NCBI GenBank assembly: GCA_002490465.1
Contig: DKUB01000061.1
Span: forward strand, 15,602-79,601
DNA length: 64,000 bases
Direction: 5' to 3'
From: Lachnoclostridium sp. UBA7215
GTDB taxonomy: Bacteria; Bacillota; Clostridia; Lachnospirales; Lachnospiraceae
Shown: positions 29,909-40,207 of the stretch, piece by piece
How the letters are laid out: every line of letters starts with the position of its first letter
Numbering within the stretch: position 1 is the stretch's first letter
Notes under the pieces: model-generated
What the model saw: the letters and a program-made list of their open reading frames with translations, nothing else
Databases searched by the model: none
Told to the model about the DNA's origin: nothing
Translations under genes and position numbers: made by a program

Positions 29909-30025
29909 ACTTACCTCCAATCCCGCATGCTGCCTTCATAAGATACAGATCCGGGCATGCGAATTACAAAATCTGTATCCCTTTTTTCCAGCTATATAAC
30001 TGAATAGCTCCATTCAATAGAATAG

Positions 30026-31678
30026 CTATTCAGCCGAAACGAAATAATAATAAATCGGCTGTCCTCCATACTGAATCTCTACGTCAATATCCTCGTGCTG
30101 AAGCTGGATTTGCGCCGCAATTTTCTCTGCCTCCTCTTCTGTGGCATCCTCACCATAATAAATCGTAACTAATTCGGAATCATCATCAATCATTTTTTCC
30201 AGAAGCTCAACGGTCGTCGGTATCACCTCTGTTCCAACTGCCTCGATGGTTTTTCCACTAAGTCCCATTATATCCCCAGACTTTATTTCCTTCCCATCTA
30301 TTGTCGTATCGCGCACTGCATAGGTTACCTGCCCGGATTTGACCTGTTCAAGGGCTTCCGTCATTGCCACTTCATTTTCCTCCGGTGATACGCTGTTTTC
30401 AAATCCAATCATTGCTGCAATACCCTGCGGAATATTCTTTGATGGGATTACTATTATCTTTTTATCTTCCGTCAAATCTTTTGCCTGCTCTGCCGCCAAT
30501 ATAATATTAGAATTATTCGGCAGAATAAATATAGTGTCTGCATTGATGTGCTGAATGGCGTGGAGAATATCCTCGGTACTCGGATTCATTGTCTGACCGC
30601 CCTCAATGATGAAATCAACACCGAGGTTCCGGAAAATATCCCCGAGACCTGAGCCCACAGAAACACTAATAAAGCCATTCTCTTTATGCTCAGGTTCATT
30701 TTGCAGATTTTGCGAATTCTTTATGACACGCTCATTGTGCTCCTCCCGCATATTGTCTATCTTCATATGGCTGAGAGAACCATACTGCAATCCCTTCTGA
30801 ATCGCCAGCCCGGGATCGTTTGTGTGAACATGGATTTTTATTATATCCTCATCTGCCACACATACAATAGAATCACCAATAGACTCCAGATATGTCTTAA
30901 ACTCTCTCTCATCTGAGGATAGAAACTCCTTTTCAAGCATCACAATGTACTCTGTACAATAACCAAAGCGGATATCCGCCCCGGCAACTGCCTCTGTATC
31001 CGCGCGCATTTTTGTTGTGTCGCCTGCTGTCTCTTCTGTATCAATAGACGAATTCACTTTTTTTCCAATGAGAGCATCATATGCCCCCTGTAAAATCGTT
31101 AAAAGGCCCTCCCCGCCGGAATCCACTACTCCGGCATCCTTTAATACCGGCAGCATTTCCGGTGTCTGATCTAATACGTCCTGCATATGCATAATAACCG
31201 AGTTTGTAAATTCCGCCAGATTGTCTGTGCGGTCTACCAGTTCTAATGCCTTTTCTGCGCCCGCACGCGCCACTGTGAGAATTGTTCCCTCCTTTGGTTT
31301 CATTACTGCTTTATAGGCAGACTCCACTGCACGCTCAAAAGCTTTTGACAGCACACGCACATCAACTTCTTCCACCTTGCTGATTTCTTTTGTAAAACCA
31401 CGGAGCAGCTGTGATAAAATAACTCCGGAATTTCCCCTTGCCCCACGCAGGGAACCACTGGAAATTGCTTTACACAGTGCTTTCATATCGGCAATCTCGA
31501 TAGCAGCCACTTCATTTGCCGCTGACATAATTGTCATTGTCATATTCGTACCTGTATCACCATCAGGAACCGGAAAAACATTTAAATCGTTTATTCTCTC
31601 TTTTCTTTCATCAATGGCGTTGGCTCCGGCCAAAAAACACTTTTTTATCGCAGATGCATCCATTGTTTTAATTTGCAC
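30026..31678 (-). CDS. fakA: Fatty acid kinase subunit A (DAK2-domain protein, YloV)
   Basis: LNVFPVPDGDTGTNM, GARGNSGVILSQ, GGQTMNPS; follows the Asp23 gene. Confidence 0.92.
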   Translation of the reverse strand: MQIKTMDASAIKKCFLAGANAIDERKERINDLNVFPVPDGDTGTNMTMTIMSAANEVAAIEIADMKALCKAISSGSLRGARGNSGVILSQLLRGFTKEISKVEEVDVRVLSKAFERAVESAYKAVMKPKEGTILTVARAGAEKALELVDRTDNLAEFTNSVIMHMQDVLDQTPEMLPVLKDAGVVDSGGEGLLTILQGAYDALIGKKVNSSIDTEETAGDTTKMRADTEAVAGADIRFGYCTEYIVMLEKEFLSSDEREFKTYLESIGDSIVCVADEDIIKIHVHTNDPGLAIQKGLQYGSLSHMKIDNMREEHNERVIKNSQNLQNEPEHKENGFISVSVGSGLGDIFRNLGVDFIIEGGQTMNPSTEDILHAIQHINADTIFILPNNSNIILAAEQAKDLTEDKKIIVIPSKNIPQGIAAMIGFENSVSPEENEVAMTEALEQVKSGQVTYAVRDTTIDGKEIKSGDIMGLSGKTIEAVGTEVIPTTVELLEKMIDDDSELVTIYYGEDATEEEAEKIAAQIQLQHEDIDVEIQYGGQPIYYYFVSAE

Positions 31679-31704
31679 GTCATTCTCCTCCAAAACAAAA
31701 TGTA

Positions 31705-32061
31705 TTAGCTTACTACCTTAACCCCTTCAACACAGACCACAATTTTACCTACTTCCATTCCTGTATATTCTTCTACTTTATACTTAACATTATCCACAAG
31801 ATTTTCTGCGACTGCAAGAATACTCACCTCATATGCTACAATTATATGAAGTTCTATGTTCAATTTATTGTTTTCAACCGATACGTTTACCCCATGGCGG
31901 ATATTATCACGTTTTAACAGCTTGACAATTCCATCCTTCATATTTACAGACGCCATCCCCACTACACCAAAACACTCAACGGCTGCTGAACCTGCATATT
32001 TACCCAGCACATCCTCATCTACAATTATTTTCCCCATTTCCGTATCAATCTGTCCCTTCAT
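31705..32061 (-). CDS. Asp23/Gls24 family protein (YloU)
   Basis: ECFGVVGMAS, VKYKVEEYTG; conserved rpmB-yloU-fakA neighbourhood. Confidence 0.9.
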   Translation of the reverse strand: MKGQIDTEMGKIIVDEDVLGKYAGSAAVECFGVVGMASVNMKDGIVKLLKRDNIRHGVNVSVENNKLNIELHIIVAYEVSILAVAENLVDNVKYKVEEYTGMEVGKIVVCVEGVKVVS

Positions 32062-32236
32062 AGCAATCCTCCAACATCTTTTTTTATATTAATATCATTT
32101 TTTATTTCAATTATTATGCGTATATATTTTTATTTTACACTAAAAAGGAAAAAAAAGCAAATATTCCCATAAAATTCACATGGACATACATTTTGGCATA
32201 AATATAGAATAGAAGATATTTGGGGGCGGTGGGACA

Positions 32237-32380
32237 ATGAAGCGGCTGATTGGATTTATCTTATTCTGGATCGGGATTGGGATGTGTGTCATGTTATTTA
32301 TAAAAAATGGACTTCTGGCCCTTTTTATCATTATTGCGTGCCTTGTACTCGGATATAATCTCTTTACTTCCTGCAAATAA
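32237..32380 (+). CDS. Small two-TM membrane protein, 47 aa (MKRLIGFILFWIGIGMCVMLFIKNGLLALFIIIACLVLGYNLFTSCK)
   Basis: Below the ORF-track cutoff; G-rich RBS; convergent with rpmB. Confidence 0.7.
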   Translation: MKRLIGFILFWIGIGMCVMLFIKNGLLALFIIIACLVLGYNLFTSCK

Positions 32381-32438
32381 GGTATGGCTGAAAACAGCCA
32401 TACCTCTGAAAAACCGGCAAAGCCGATTCTCGCTCCGC
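32381..32438 (+). repeat. Two-hairpin REP-like repeat (dispersed copy)
   Basis: Homologous to the copies at 46364 and 46447; shares CCTCT.AAAA..C.GCAAAGC.GATTCTCGCTCCGC. Confidence 0.75.
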
Positions 32439-32470
32439 ATAAGAAGAACTTTCCTGTAAAGATAAAAAGA

Positions 32471-32518
32471 AACCCCATAGAAATCTGCTTGCTGTTTCAA
32501 CCAGATTTCTATGGGGTT
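32471..32518. terminator. Terminator downstream of rpmB
   Basis: AACCCCATAGAAATCTG...CAGATTTCTATGGGGTT. Confidence 0.8.
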
Positions 32519-32535
32519 CTGTCCATATCTTTTAT

Positions 32536-32721
32536 TTAGGCTCTCTCTACTTTTCCGGAACGAAGGCAGGAAGTACAAACATACATTTTCTTTGTACCAC
32601 CATTTACTTTGACCCTCACCGATTTTAAATTTGATTTCCAAATTTTATTGCTTCTTCTATGTGAGTGGCTGACAGCGTTACCGAAATGTACGCCTTTTCC
32701 ACATACTGCACATTTTGCCAT
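32536..32721 (-). CDS. rpmB: 50S ribosomal protein L28
   Basis: MAKCAVCGKG...GNAVSHSHRRS...VCTSCLRSGKVERA. Confidence 0.97.
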   Translation of the reverse strand: MAKCAVCGKGVHFGNAVSHSHRRSNKIWKSNLKSVRVKVNGGTKKMYVCTSCLRSGKVERA

Positions 32722-32876
32722 GAAATGCACCTCCCTCTTCTCATTCTTTGTATGCCCACAATTTATTTAAATATATGTCTCACACACAGCAACAGGGATA
32801 TTTTAGCAAAATTCAAAGAAATATGCAAGCAAAAAATTATTTTTTTGAAAAAATATTTTATTAAGCCTTGTCCAAA

Positions 32877-33251
32877 TCACTCAGATTCCTTTTGCTCAGG
32901 CGCTTTATCATCTTTTTTTGTAAAGCGGTCAACAAAGTCCGGCACCATATCAAGAATTTTAGTTATGCCATCCTGATTTTTTACATTAACCAGCTTAGAC
33001 GTGCCATCTTTAATAACCAAAACTGCACTTGGCTGTATTTTGCCGCCCATACCGCCGCCGCCGTTATTTTTCTTTTCGCTCTCATTAGCAAAAGCTCCAG
33101 CAGCCACTCCAAAACTCACATCCACAAGCGGCAGTACAATTGTGCCGTCATCAAAACGAACGGCATCACCCACCACTGTCTTTGTCGTTATAAATGCATC
33201 CATCCCCTTAAACAGGGATTCCACCGTCTCATTAAAATTATTATCTGCCAT
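32877..33251 (-). CDS. GerW/YtfJ family sporulation protein
   Basis: TKTVVGDAV, PLVDVSFG, GGGGMGGKIQPSAVLVI. Confidence 0.88.
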   Translation of the reverse strand: MADNNFNETVESLFKGMDAFITTKTVVGDAVRFDDGTIVLPLVDVSFGVAAGAFANESEKKNNGGGGMGGKIQPSAVLVIKDGTSKLVNVKNQDGITKILDMVPDFVDRFTKKDDKAPEQKESE

Positions 33252-34082
33252 TTATGCTGCCTCCTTTTTATTCATCCTGTTCCAGACTCTTCGAAGCTCC
33301 TTGTCTCTATACATCCGGACAAGCAGCCGGATAAAGTATATAACACGGATTCTTCCTTTTATTTTTCCATTTCCCTGAACCACTTTTTCCTCAAAATCCG
33401 GGACAATGTGTATTCCCTTCTGATAAACAAACGGCATCAGGCTGATTCCTCCAATGATGAGTCCTGTTGTAGCGGGATCTCCTGTGCCAATCCGGAAATC
33501 AAGTTCCGCCTTCGTGGGGAGAAGATAGCGGAGCAGAGCTATCAGCTCACGCTTTGCTTTTCCGATTGCAGAACGGGTTTCCTTTTCTCTGATAAAACTT
33601 ATTATACTCGAAATCCTATCAAAAGAAAAGCGCTTCTTTTCTTTCTCTTTTTTATTTTTTCGACTTTTTTTGTTCTTTCTGCCCTCCCGCCGTTTCCCGG
33701 AGGCCGTATTCCCTCTTTCCACATCATTCTCTTCCGGAATATTTTTTAAGGGAGCTTTTTCTTTTGAATTCTTTTCTCCCGGCTCCTCATTTTTCTTTAC
33801 GGCATTTTCCCCTGGGGGACCTTGTTTCCCTCCCGGACGGGATTTCACCGGAATCCCAAAAATATACAGGACCACTTCTGGCTCATCCATCTTTTTCCTT
33901 ATCGAAAACAGCGGATACAGATAATTGAACTGAAAAGCATAACGCAGGCTGTCCTCATATTCTGCCGACACACGGTAGCGCACAGGCACAAACAAAAGCA
34001 GTGCAACAATTACAAGGACAATCCCCAGAAGACCGGCTATAATCAAGCCTATCCATTTTAGTATTGCCAAAACAACTATCAT
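33252..34082 (-). CDS. DUF2953/YtfI-like membrane-anchored protein
   Basis: N-terminal TM, GTGDPATTG motif, upstream of the ytfJ-like gene. Confidence 0.8.
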   Translation of the reverse strand: MIVVLAILKWIGLIIAGLLGIVLVIVALLLFVPVRYRVSAEYEDSLRYAFQFNYLYPLFSIRKKMDEPEVVLYIFGIPVKSRPGGKQGPPGENAVKKNEEPGEKNSKEKAPLKNIPEENDVERGNTASGKRREGRKNKKSRKNKKEKEKKRFSFDRISSIISFIREKETRSAIGKAKRELIALLRYLLPTKAELDFRIGTGDPATTGLIIGGISLMPFVYQKGIHIVPDFEEKVVQGNGKIKGRIRVIYFIRLLVRMYRDKELRRVWNRMNKKEAA

Positions 34083-34423
34083 TCAAAATCATTCCTATCA
34101 AAATACTTCCTCGGCGCAAAGGAAGCGTCTGCATGCCATATTTCCTCCAGTATCTGCTGCAAAAGGACAACTGCTTCACTGTAATGTGCGGCAAGCCCCA
34201 CGACGTACATATCCAGATAATGATAGCGCCGGAAAAAAAGCTGTCTGGTATCAATAATCTCAAAGAGGTTGTCCGGATTTTCTGCCAGCAATAGAGCATA
34301 ATAGCTCTTTTTCCATGGCAAAACCGACCATGGCCGACTGCGCCTGGATACCCGCCTCTTGCACTTTGCCGGGTGCTTTTTTACTTCCTCGTCCATATAC
34401 AGGCCGCGATACCACAGAATCAT
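34079..34423 (-). CDS. Hypothetical protein
   Basis: 114 aa ORF tightly coupled to both neighbours. Confidence 0.65.
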   Translation of the reverse strand: MILWYRGLYMDEEVKKHPAKCKRRVSRRSRPWSVLPWKKSYYALLLAENPDNLFEIIDTRQLFFRRYHYLDMYVVGLAAHYSEAVVLLQQILEEIWHADASFAPRKYFDRNDFE

Positions 34424-34425
34424 CC

Positions 34426-35805
34426 CTACATTCCCTCACTCATTATATCTGCCAGAATTGACATTACGATTAACTTTTCTGATTTATCCCGGCATCCCAA
34501 CAGATTCACTCTTATATATTCTTCCATTTCCTGGGGCTTTTGAAACTGCATTGGCAATTTTTCTATAACAGCCCCCATCACGGCACGTTTCACCGGCCGG
34601 GACATCTGTGCCATACGTGCGGACAATTCGTCCAATAACTCCTCCGTCCGCTGTTTAACATAACTGTCATCCGCAATCTCTGTCTGGCGCGCTTTTTCCA
34701 AATCAATAAAAAGACTGTCAGATAATAGATTGGCAGCCAGCGTTAAATCCTCAAAGAACTCTTTCATATTCTGCCGGTCTATTTCTTCCTGATAAGAAGA
34801 CTTTACTTCTATCATAGCGGCTTCCAGATAACTTGTCTTTTCCACATATTCTTCTATGCGTCCCTCTAACGGCACAAGCATTTCATCCATATACTTTTTG
34901 CCGGCAAGACAGCGCCAGATGGATTCACACGCAAGAATCAGTTTGCTTTTGTCCTCTGCATATGGCATGAGCACACAGAGGGCGTATATATCATTTACTA
35001 CCTTCTGCATGGTATAATAAAAATCAGTTATTCTGTGAATATACTGCGCCTCTTCCTCCAAAAGAACCGTAAGCTCCTCATATCGCTCTTTGGAAATATC
35101 CGCAAAGTCTGTCTTATCAAATTCCTGCAGTACCTTAATGGTTTCTGCGTACTCTTCCGTATGACCATACGGCTCATATAACATAGCCGTTGTTCGTATC
35201 ATGTAAATAAAATCATCAAGGGAAGCCTTTTCACTCCCCTTATATAATGTAAGCGCCTCTGATATCTTCTCAAAAAACTTTGCTTTCGTCAGTTGTACCG
35301 GAATCTGCCCGATTACAAAATGCTGCTTCTCTTGCAATACATTCTGGTCCTTATCCGCATACATCCAAAAACACAGCTGATCCAAAAATGTATTTTCATT
35401 TATCTCTGCAAGCCTTGCATCCAGTTCCTTCTCCGATTCAAAGGAAAGCTCCATCCGGTTCATGACGTATTCATATATAATCAGCCGGTCCGTATAGGCA
35501 GTAAAGAAATCCATTTTACCCGTAATGTTGTCACGCAGCTTTTGCATAGCAGACATGACTTCCGGGTAATCCACATTCTCTTCACCGATTGCCCGCAAGG
35601 ACACTAACATCGTGTGCACGGCATCCTCTTCACGGGCCGCAAGCTCCGGTTTTTCTTCCACAACCTCCTGCAGCATCGTATAAGCAGAAAATGTCAGTTC
35701 CAAAGAGGCATACTCACTGTAAGTAGACACCGCCGCATTGCGATACCATTTCAGGTTTGATGCCAAATCCTTTCCCTTGCAAATATCCTGTATCTGCTTT
35801 TTCAT
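34426..35805 (-). CDS. Hypothetical acidic alpha-helical protein
   Basis: 459 aa ORF with RBS, inside the operon. Confidence 0.8.
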   Translation of the reverse strand: MKKQIQDICKGKDLASNLKWYRNAAVSTYSEYASLELTFSAYTMLQEVVEEKPELAAREEDAVHTMLVSLRAIGEENVDYPEVMSAMQKLRDNITGKMDFFTAYTDRLIIYEYVMNRMELSFESEKELDARLAEINENTFLDQLCFWMYADKDQNVLQEKQHFVIGQIPVQLTKAKFFEKISEALTLYKGSEKASLDDFIYMIRTTAMLYEPYGHTEEYAETIKVLQEFDKTDFADISKERYEELTVLLEEEAQYIHRITDFYYTMQKVVNDIYALCVLMPYAEDKSKLILACESIWRCLAGKKYMDEMLVPLEGRIEEYVEKTSYLEAAMIEVKSSYQEEIDRQNMKEFFEDLTLAANLLSDSLFIDLEKARQTEIADDSYVKQRTEELLDELSARMAQMSRPVKRAVMGAVIEKLPMQFQKPQEMEEYIRVNLLGCRDKSEKLIVMSILADIMSEGM

Positions 35806-35821
35806 GTATCCGCCCCTCTTT

Positions 35822-38800
35822 CTATAAAACCAGAACCCAGCCGTTCAGCCACTTCAAGCCATCCCTTGCAAATGTGTCAAGAATCGGCTGCCCGGACAAT
35901 ACCGGATAGAACAGCAGGAACAGCACAAATGCCGCCGTACCATAGACATACATCCATTTCAGCCATTTCGGACTGCGTTTTACAAGAAGTACCATAACGT
36001 ATACAACCATCATTGCCACAAAAGGCACACTGGGGAAATAATGATAAGCAAATGTACAGCGCGGCACAAGAATCCATGGCAGATACTGAACCATATAGGC
36101 AAATACAAGAAAAGCTGCAACCTTATCACTCCGTCGAATAATTCGATACAGCATGACAAAAAAGGCCGGTATGCCTGCCCACCAGACAAGCGGATTTCCA
36201 AAAGCACTGATGCCTTCTTTCAAGCCATTCACCACGGTATTGCAGTAATAAAACATCGGCTTTATCATGGTCGGCCACTGTTCCCATGAAGAGGAATATG
36301 GATGTTCGTCTTTCAATGAGGCATGATAATGGAACATTGTATCGGCATTCTTTACCATGCGCCCTACAAGTTCTGTAAATGGATTCTGATGCTCCTGCAA
36401 AAAGTCAATCACGTTTTTATATAAGCCGGTAACTGAGCGCTCCGGGTCCGCTAAAAGACCGGAAAAACGCTGTACATTATCAACGCATCCATCCGAGAAT
36501 GGAATATACGATAAAAGGTAAATACTTCCCGCGATCAGAATAAAGAAAAGAACGCAGAATAACAGGGTCCACAAGAGCCGTTTTGGAAATACTTCCATCA
36601 CAAGAGCATGGGAGATGCCATTCGTTGTGCCCTTTGGCTCCTTTTTCGCTTTCACATATTCTGCAATCCGCACTCCCATAATGGCAAAAAAGAACACGCC
36701 AAGACCCGCTGCCGCATAGACACCCGTCCATTTGGAAGCACATCCAAGACCCATCATAACCGCACTTAAACCAAGGGGAACAAACATTTTCCAAAGCGGC
36801 GTCTCATAAAAATCCGTCTGTGCATATTGCAGCATAAAATAAAACATAGCAATGATAAAGAACGTGCCATACACATCAATGGTGGAAATCCTCGTCTGGG
36901 TAAAATGCATAAAATCAAAAGCAAAAAGGAACGTCAGCATTCCTGCCGCCCAGGTACTTCCACCAAACAGGCGTCTGCCAAAAGCATATAAAAACGGCAG
37001 CATTCCAATGCCGAACAATACACCTGCAATACGCCAGCCAAAAGGATTCATGCCAAAAACACGCACACCAAGGCTGATAAAAAATTTCCCGAGCGGCGGG
37101 TGTGTATTTTCATAATTATACAAATCATGCGTCATCTCATAAGCTGTCCTCGCATGATAGATTTCATCAAAATAAGTTCCGCTGCGGAACGTCTGCAGCT
37201 CATCAAAATATTCCTGCTCATCAAAAAGTTCCGGATAATCATTCGTATTTACCGGCACCAGTTTATTTTTAGCACTATCTAAAATAACTAATTCCTTTAA
37301 AACAGATTCGCCGTCCTGCGCGGTCAGACGGATATAGCGGTAACCCTCCGCAAGGTTATAGCTTTTATCCTCTGTCCCCTCAGCCTTTAATGCATTCCAC
37401 TTGAACACACTGGGCGCCGTCATGAGGACGTCACTTCCCCCGACAGGCCGGTAATTTTCTCCGTCGTGGGACATTTCAAGCCGGAACTTACGGTTCTCAT
37501 AATTGCCAAGATACGTATATATCATGTCAATTTCCTTATCCTCGCCCAAATCAAGGGAAATGACATTATCATTCACATCCTGTTCTGTATCTGAAATATG
37601 GTATGCCCACTCCGTTTCCGGTGCCCCCATATCTCCTAAATCATACAGGGCAAATGCAGAATACACAAGCATAATTGCTCCGAGCACAATAAAGTCTCTT
37701 TTAGCAAGCCCCGGCAGCGCAGCCGGTCTCCGGAACAAAATACGCTCCCGCACGATTTCCTCTTTTTCCTTCGCTTCTTTTTTGTGAATAATATAGGGAA
37801 GGTGATTGGATTTCTTTCCGCGCTTTGCCGGCAGTTCTCGCAATTCCAAAAGCTCTGATTTGCTTCTGATGGCAAAAAACATATAAGCATACAGTGCCAG
37901 TGTCATCAGCGCTGTTATGCCAATAATCCCCCCCTGGGGACCTGTTGTGTTATATTCATCAAAATAATAGAGAACATGCCCGACATTGAGCAGCTGGACA
38001 ACCGAGAATCCAACATAGGTAAAGAACAGCTCCCTCGTCGGCTTAACAAGGAACGCTGCCAGCATCAAAACAATAATCGGGAATAAATACCTCTCGTGCA
38101 TACGCACAGAGAAGAGGAACATTGTCCCAACTACAACGCACATGCTCAGAAAATATTTAGATTTATCCTCTTTTAATCGGAAGAAAATAAAACCACTCAA
38201 AATAACAGAGGCAAAAATCGCCAATGTACCCCACTGGTGATATTGCAAAAACAGGAAACTTCCGGATTGATCTGCCCAGTTTTTCCCAAACAGTGCCCAA
38301 ATATTATAAGCATTTATCGTACAGTACTCATAGGAACCCAGCGTGTCTATATACTGACTGATAACTTTTCCAAGACCAAAAGGTGCTGCCAGCAGAAACA
38401 TAAGCGCAATTGCCGAAACACCACCGATTAAATCCCGTATTAACTTTTGTTTATTGAAATCTTTTATAAATACCTGCTCTGCTATTGTCCATATCAGAAT
38501 GGGGGCAAATATTAATGTCTGGGGCTTTATCAGCGCCCCGACAATAAAAGTAAAGTATGCCGGAATTCTTTTCTCCTCCATGCACAGATAACAGGTGAGC
38601 AGCACAAACAAGGTAAATACACCGTCTGTCTGTCCCCAAACCGAGGAATCCAGAACCACAATCGGATTCAGGACATACATCACGGCAATTAAAAGGGAAG
38701 ACCCTTCTGAAAACTTTTTCTTGGCCAGACGATACAAAACAAATCCTGCTGCCACATCGGAAAGCATTGGCACAAGCTTAATCAGGATGCGTCCTGCCGT

Positions 38801-39241
38801 CGACATTGTCTCAATGGAGAAAAGATGACGAATGGCAGCAATTACCCAGAGAATAGCCATATACCCGGGGGGATAATCGGTGAAAGCATCCAGGTAATAA
38901 AACTTACCGATTCCATTATCAAAAATCATATCGGACCAGGCATAAAAACAGTTCATATCCGTCTCATGCCCCTCATAATTTGCCGCAAGAATCATTTTAA
39001 TAAGCAGCGAAGCGCCAAGAACAATAAGAATCCATGTCCAGTCTTTCTTTTTGTCCTTTCCATACTCACGGATTCCCTCTACTTCATAGCGGAGTTTCCA
39101 ACAATATATTCCGGTAAAGACAACCGGAACAAGCATTACAACAAGCATCAGGTTGATGAAATCCGGATTCCAATTTTTCATAGTCTCCCAATCAATCATA
39201 CTTTTTATTACCTCAACCATCCTATTCATCCTGTTCTCCAT
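35822..39241 (-). CDS. Double GT-C glycosyltransferase: N-terminal GT87/PIG-like module plus GT39 protein O-mannosyltransferase module
   Basis: DYPPG...WGQTD...KPQ...MHERY in the first module; YFDEIYH, HPPLGK, ASKW, HPYSS, GNP, YHYFP in the second. Confidence 0.85.
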   Translation of the reverse strand: MENRMNRMVEVIKSMIDWETMKNWNPDFINLMLVVMLVPVVFTGIYCWKLRYEVEGIREYGKDKKKDWTWILIVLGASLLIKMILAANYEGHETDMNCFYAWSDMIFDNGIGKFYYLDAFTDYPPGYMAILWVIAAIRHLFSIETMSTAGRILIKLVPMLSDVAAGFVLYRLAKKKFSEGSSLLIAVMYVLNPIVVLDSSVWGQTDGVFTLFVLLTCYLCMEEKRIPAYFTFIVGALIKPQTLIFAPILIWTIAEQVFIKDFNKQKLIRDLIGGVSAIALMFLLAAPFGLGKVISQYIDTLGSYEYCTINAYNIWALFGKNWADQSGSFLFLQYHQWGTLAIFASVILSGFIFFRLKEDKSKYFLSMCVVVGTMFLFSVRMHERYLFPIIVLMLAAFLVKPTRELFFTYVGFSVVQLLNVGHVLYYFDEYNTTGPQGGIIGITALMTLALYAYMFFAIRSKSELLELRELPAKRGKKSNHLPYIIHKKEAKEKEEIVRERILFRRPAALPGLAKRDFIVLGAIMLVYSAFALYDLGDMGAPETEWAYHISDTEQDVNDNVISLDLGEDKEIDMIYTYLGNYENRKFRLEMSHDGENYRPVGGSDVLMTAPSVFKWNALKAEGTEDKSYNLAEGYRYIRLTAQDGESVLKELVILDSAKNKLVPVNTNDYPELFDEQEYFDELQTFRSGTYFDEIYHARTAYEMTHDLYNYENTHPPLGKFFISLGVRVFGMNPFGWRIAGVLFGIGMLPFLYAFGRRLFGGSTWAAGMLTFLFAFDFMHFTQTRISTIDVYGTFFIIAMFYFMLQYAQTDFYETPLWKMFVPLGLSAVMMGLGCASKWTGVYAAAGLGVFFFAIMGVRIAEYVKAKKEPKGTTNGISHALVMEVFPKRLLWTLLFCVLFFILIAGSIYLLSYIPFSDGCVDNVQRFSGLLADPERSVTGLYKNVIDFLQEHQNPFTELVGRMVKNADTMFHYHASLKDEHPYSSSWEQWPTMIKPMFYYCNTVVNGLKEGISAFGNPLVWWAGIPAFFVMLYRIIRRSDKVAAFLVFAYMVQYLPWILVPRCTFAYHYFPSVPFVAMMVVYVMVLLVKRSPKWLKWMYVYGTAAFVLFLLFYPVLSGQPILDTFARDGLKWLNGWVLVL

Positions 39242-39247
39242 TTCTCA

Positions 39248-40159
39248 TTAACTGTTTTTGTGTACATGTTCATGCGTAAACAAATGCTCCGAACAATATT
39301 CATAATTCCCCTCGCATTTTGAACAATACCGGAACTCCAAATCCGGGGAGTCAAGTTCTGTCCTTCCACAGATAGCACAGCGGTGAATCGCCCCATTTCC
39401 ACCCTGGGGCCCCGCCGCCCTCTTCTTATACTCACGTCGGCGCTTTGTGCGTTTGTAAGCTGCTCTTGGACTTGCTGTGTGTCCCCGTCCAAACAGAAAA
39501 TAAATACCACAGTTTATCAGGGAAACAATAATCAGTGCTGCAACCAGATAAAAGCCAATCTTCAGACTCATAACAAGCTGATATCCAAGATACACTAAAT
39601 CAATCAGCCCGAGCCATTTTGCCTTAACCGGAATAATAAAATATACCAGGAACTGCACATCCGGAAACATGGCAGCAAAGGCCAGAAAGAGTGACTGGTT
39701 CAAATACTCCGTGGAAATAAATCCTCCTATGAAACTGCCGATTCCGGCAGCTCCGGCAGGCCCAAACTGCATATAATAAACAAAATATCCGACGAAACCA
39801 ACAATCCATATAAAGATGATTCCCGAAACATAGTACAAATTAAAGCGGAACCGTCCCCACATCTGCTCAAGGCTTGTCCCAACAAAATAATACAGGCTCA
39901 GCCATACAATATACCAGACCAGATCCACTAAAAAGCTGTCGCCCATGCTCACTGTCGGATGCATTAAAAAGGTAAAAAGCCGCCACACCTGCCCATGCAT
40001 GATTTTATATGGGTCAAAACTCAGAAATGTATGATACAGCTGTGGCTGAATAATATTCAATACATTCCCGACTATACTGATGATGAGTATATATTGAATC
40101 AGGTGGGGCACAGACAGATGCCCGAATTTCTTTTCTAACTTATTAATTAAATCCACCAT
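39248..40159 (-). CDS. Rhomboid-superfamily (Derlin-like) membrane protein with a C-terminal Cys/His zinc finger
   Basis: GQVWRLFT WR motif, multiple TM, C-terminal CAICG...YCSKC...YCSEH..THEH. Confidence 0.7.
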   Translation of the reverse strand: MVDLINKLEKKFGHLSVPHLIQYILIISIVGNVLNIIQPQLYHTFLSFDPYKIMHGQVWRLFTFLMHPTVSMGDSFLVDLVWYIVWLSLYYFVGTSLEQMWGRFRFNLYYVSGIIFIWIVGFVGYFVYYMQFGPAGAAGIGSFIGGFISTEYLNQSLFLAFAAMFPDVQFLVYFIIPVKAKWLGLIDLVYLGYQLVMSLKIGFYLVAALIIVSLINCGIYFLFGRGHTASPRAAYKRTKRRREYKKRAAGPQGGNGAIHRCAICGRTELDSPDLEFRYCSKCEGNYEYCSEHLFTHEHVHKNS

Positions 40160-40207
40160 TAACCTCCATTGTTCTCAGCACATATTCTTTTCAGCATTTG
40201 TTCTTAT

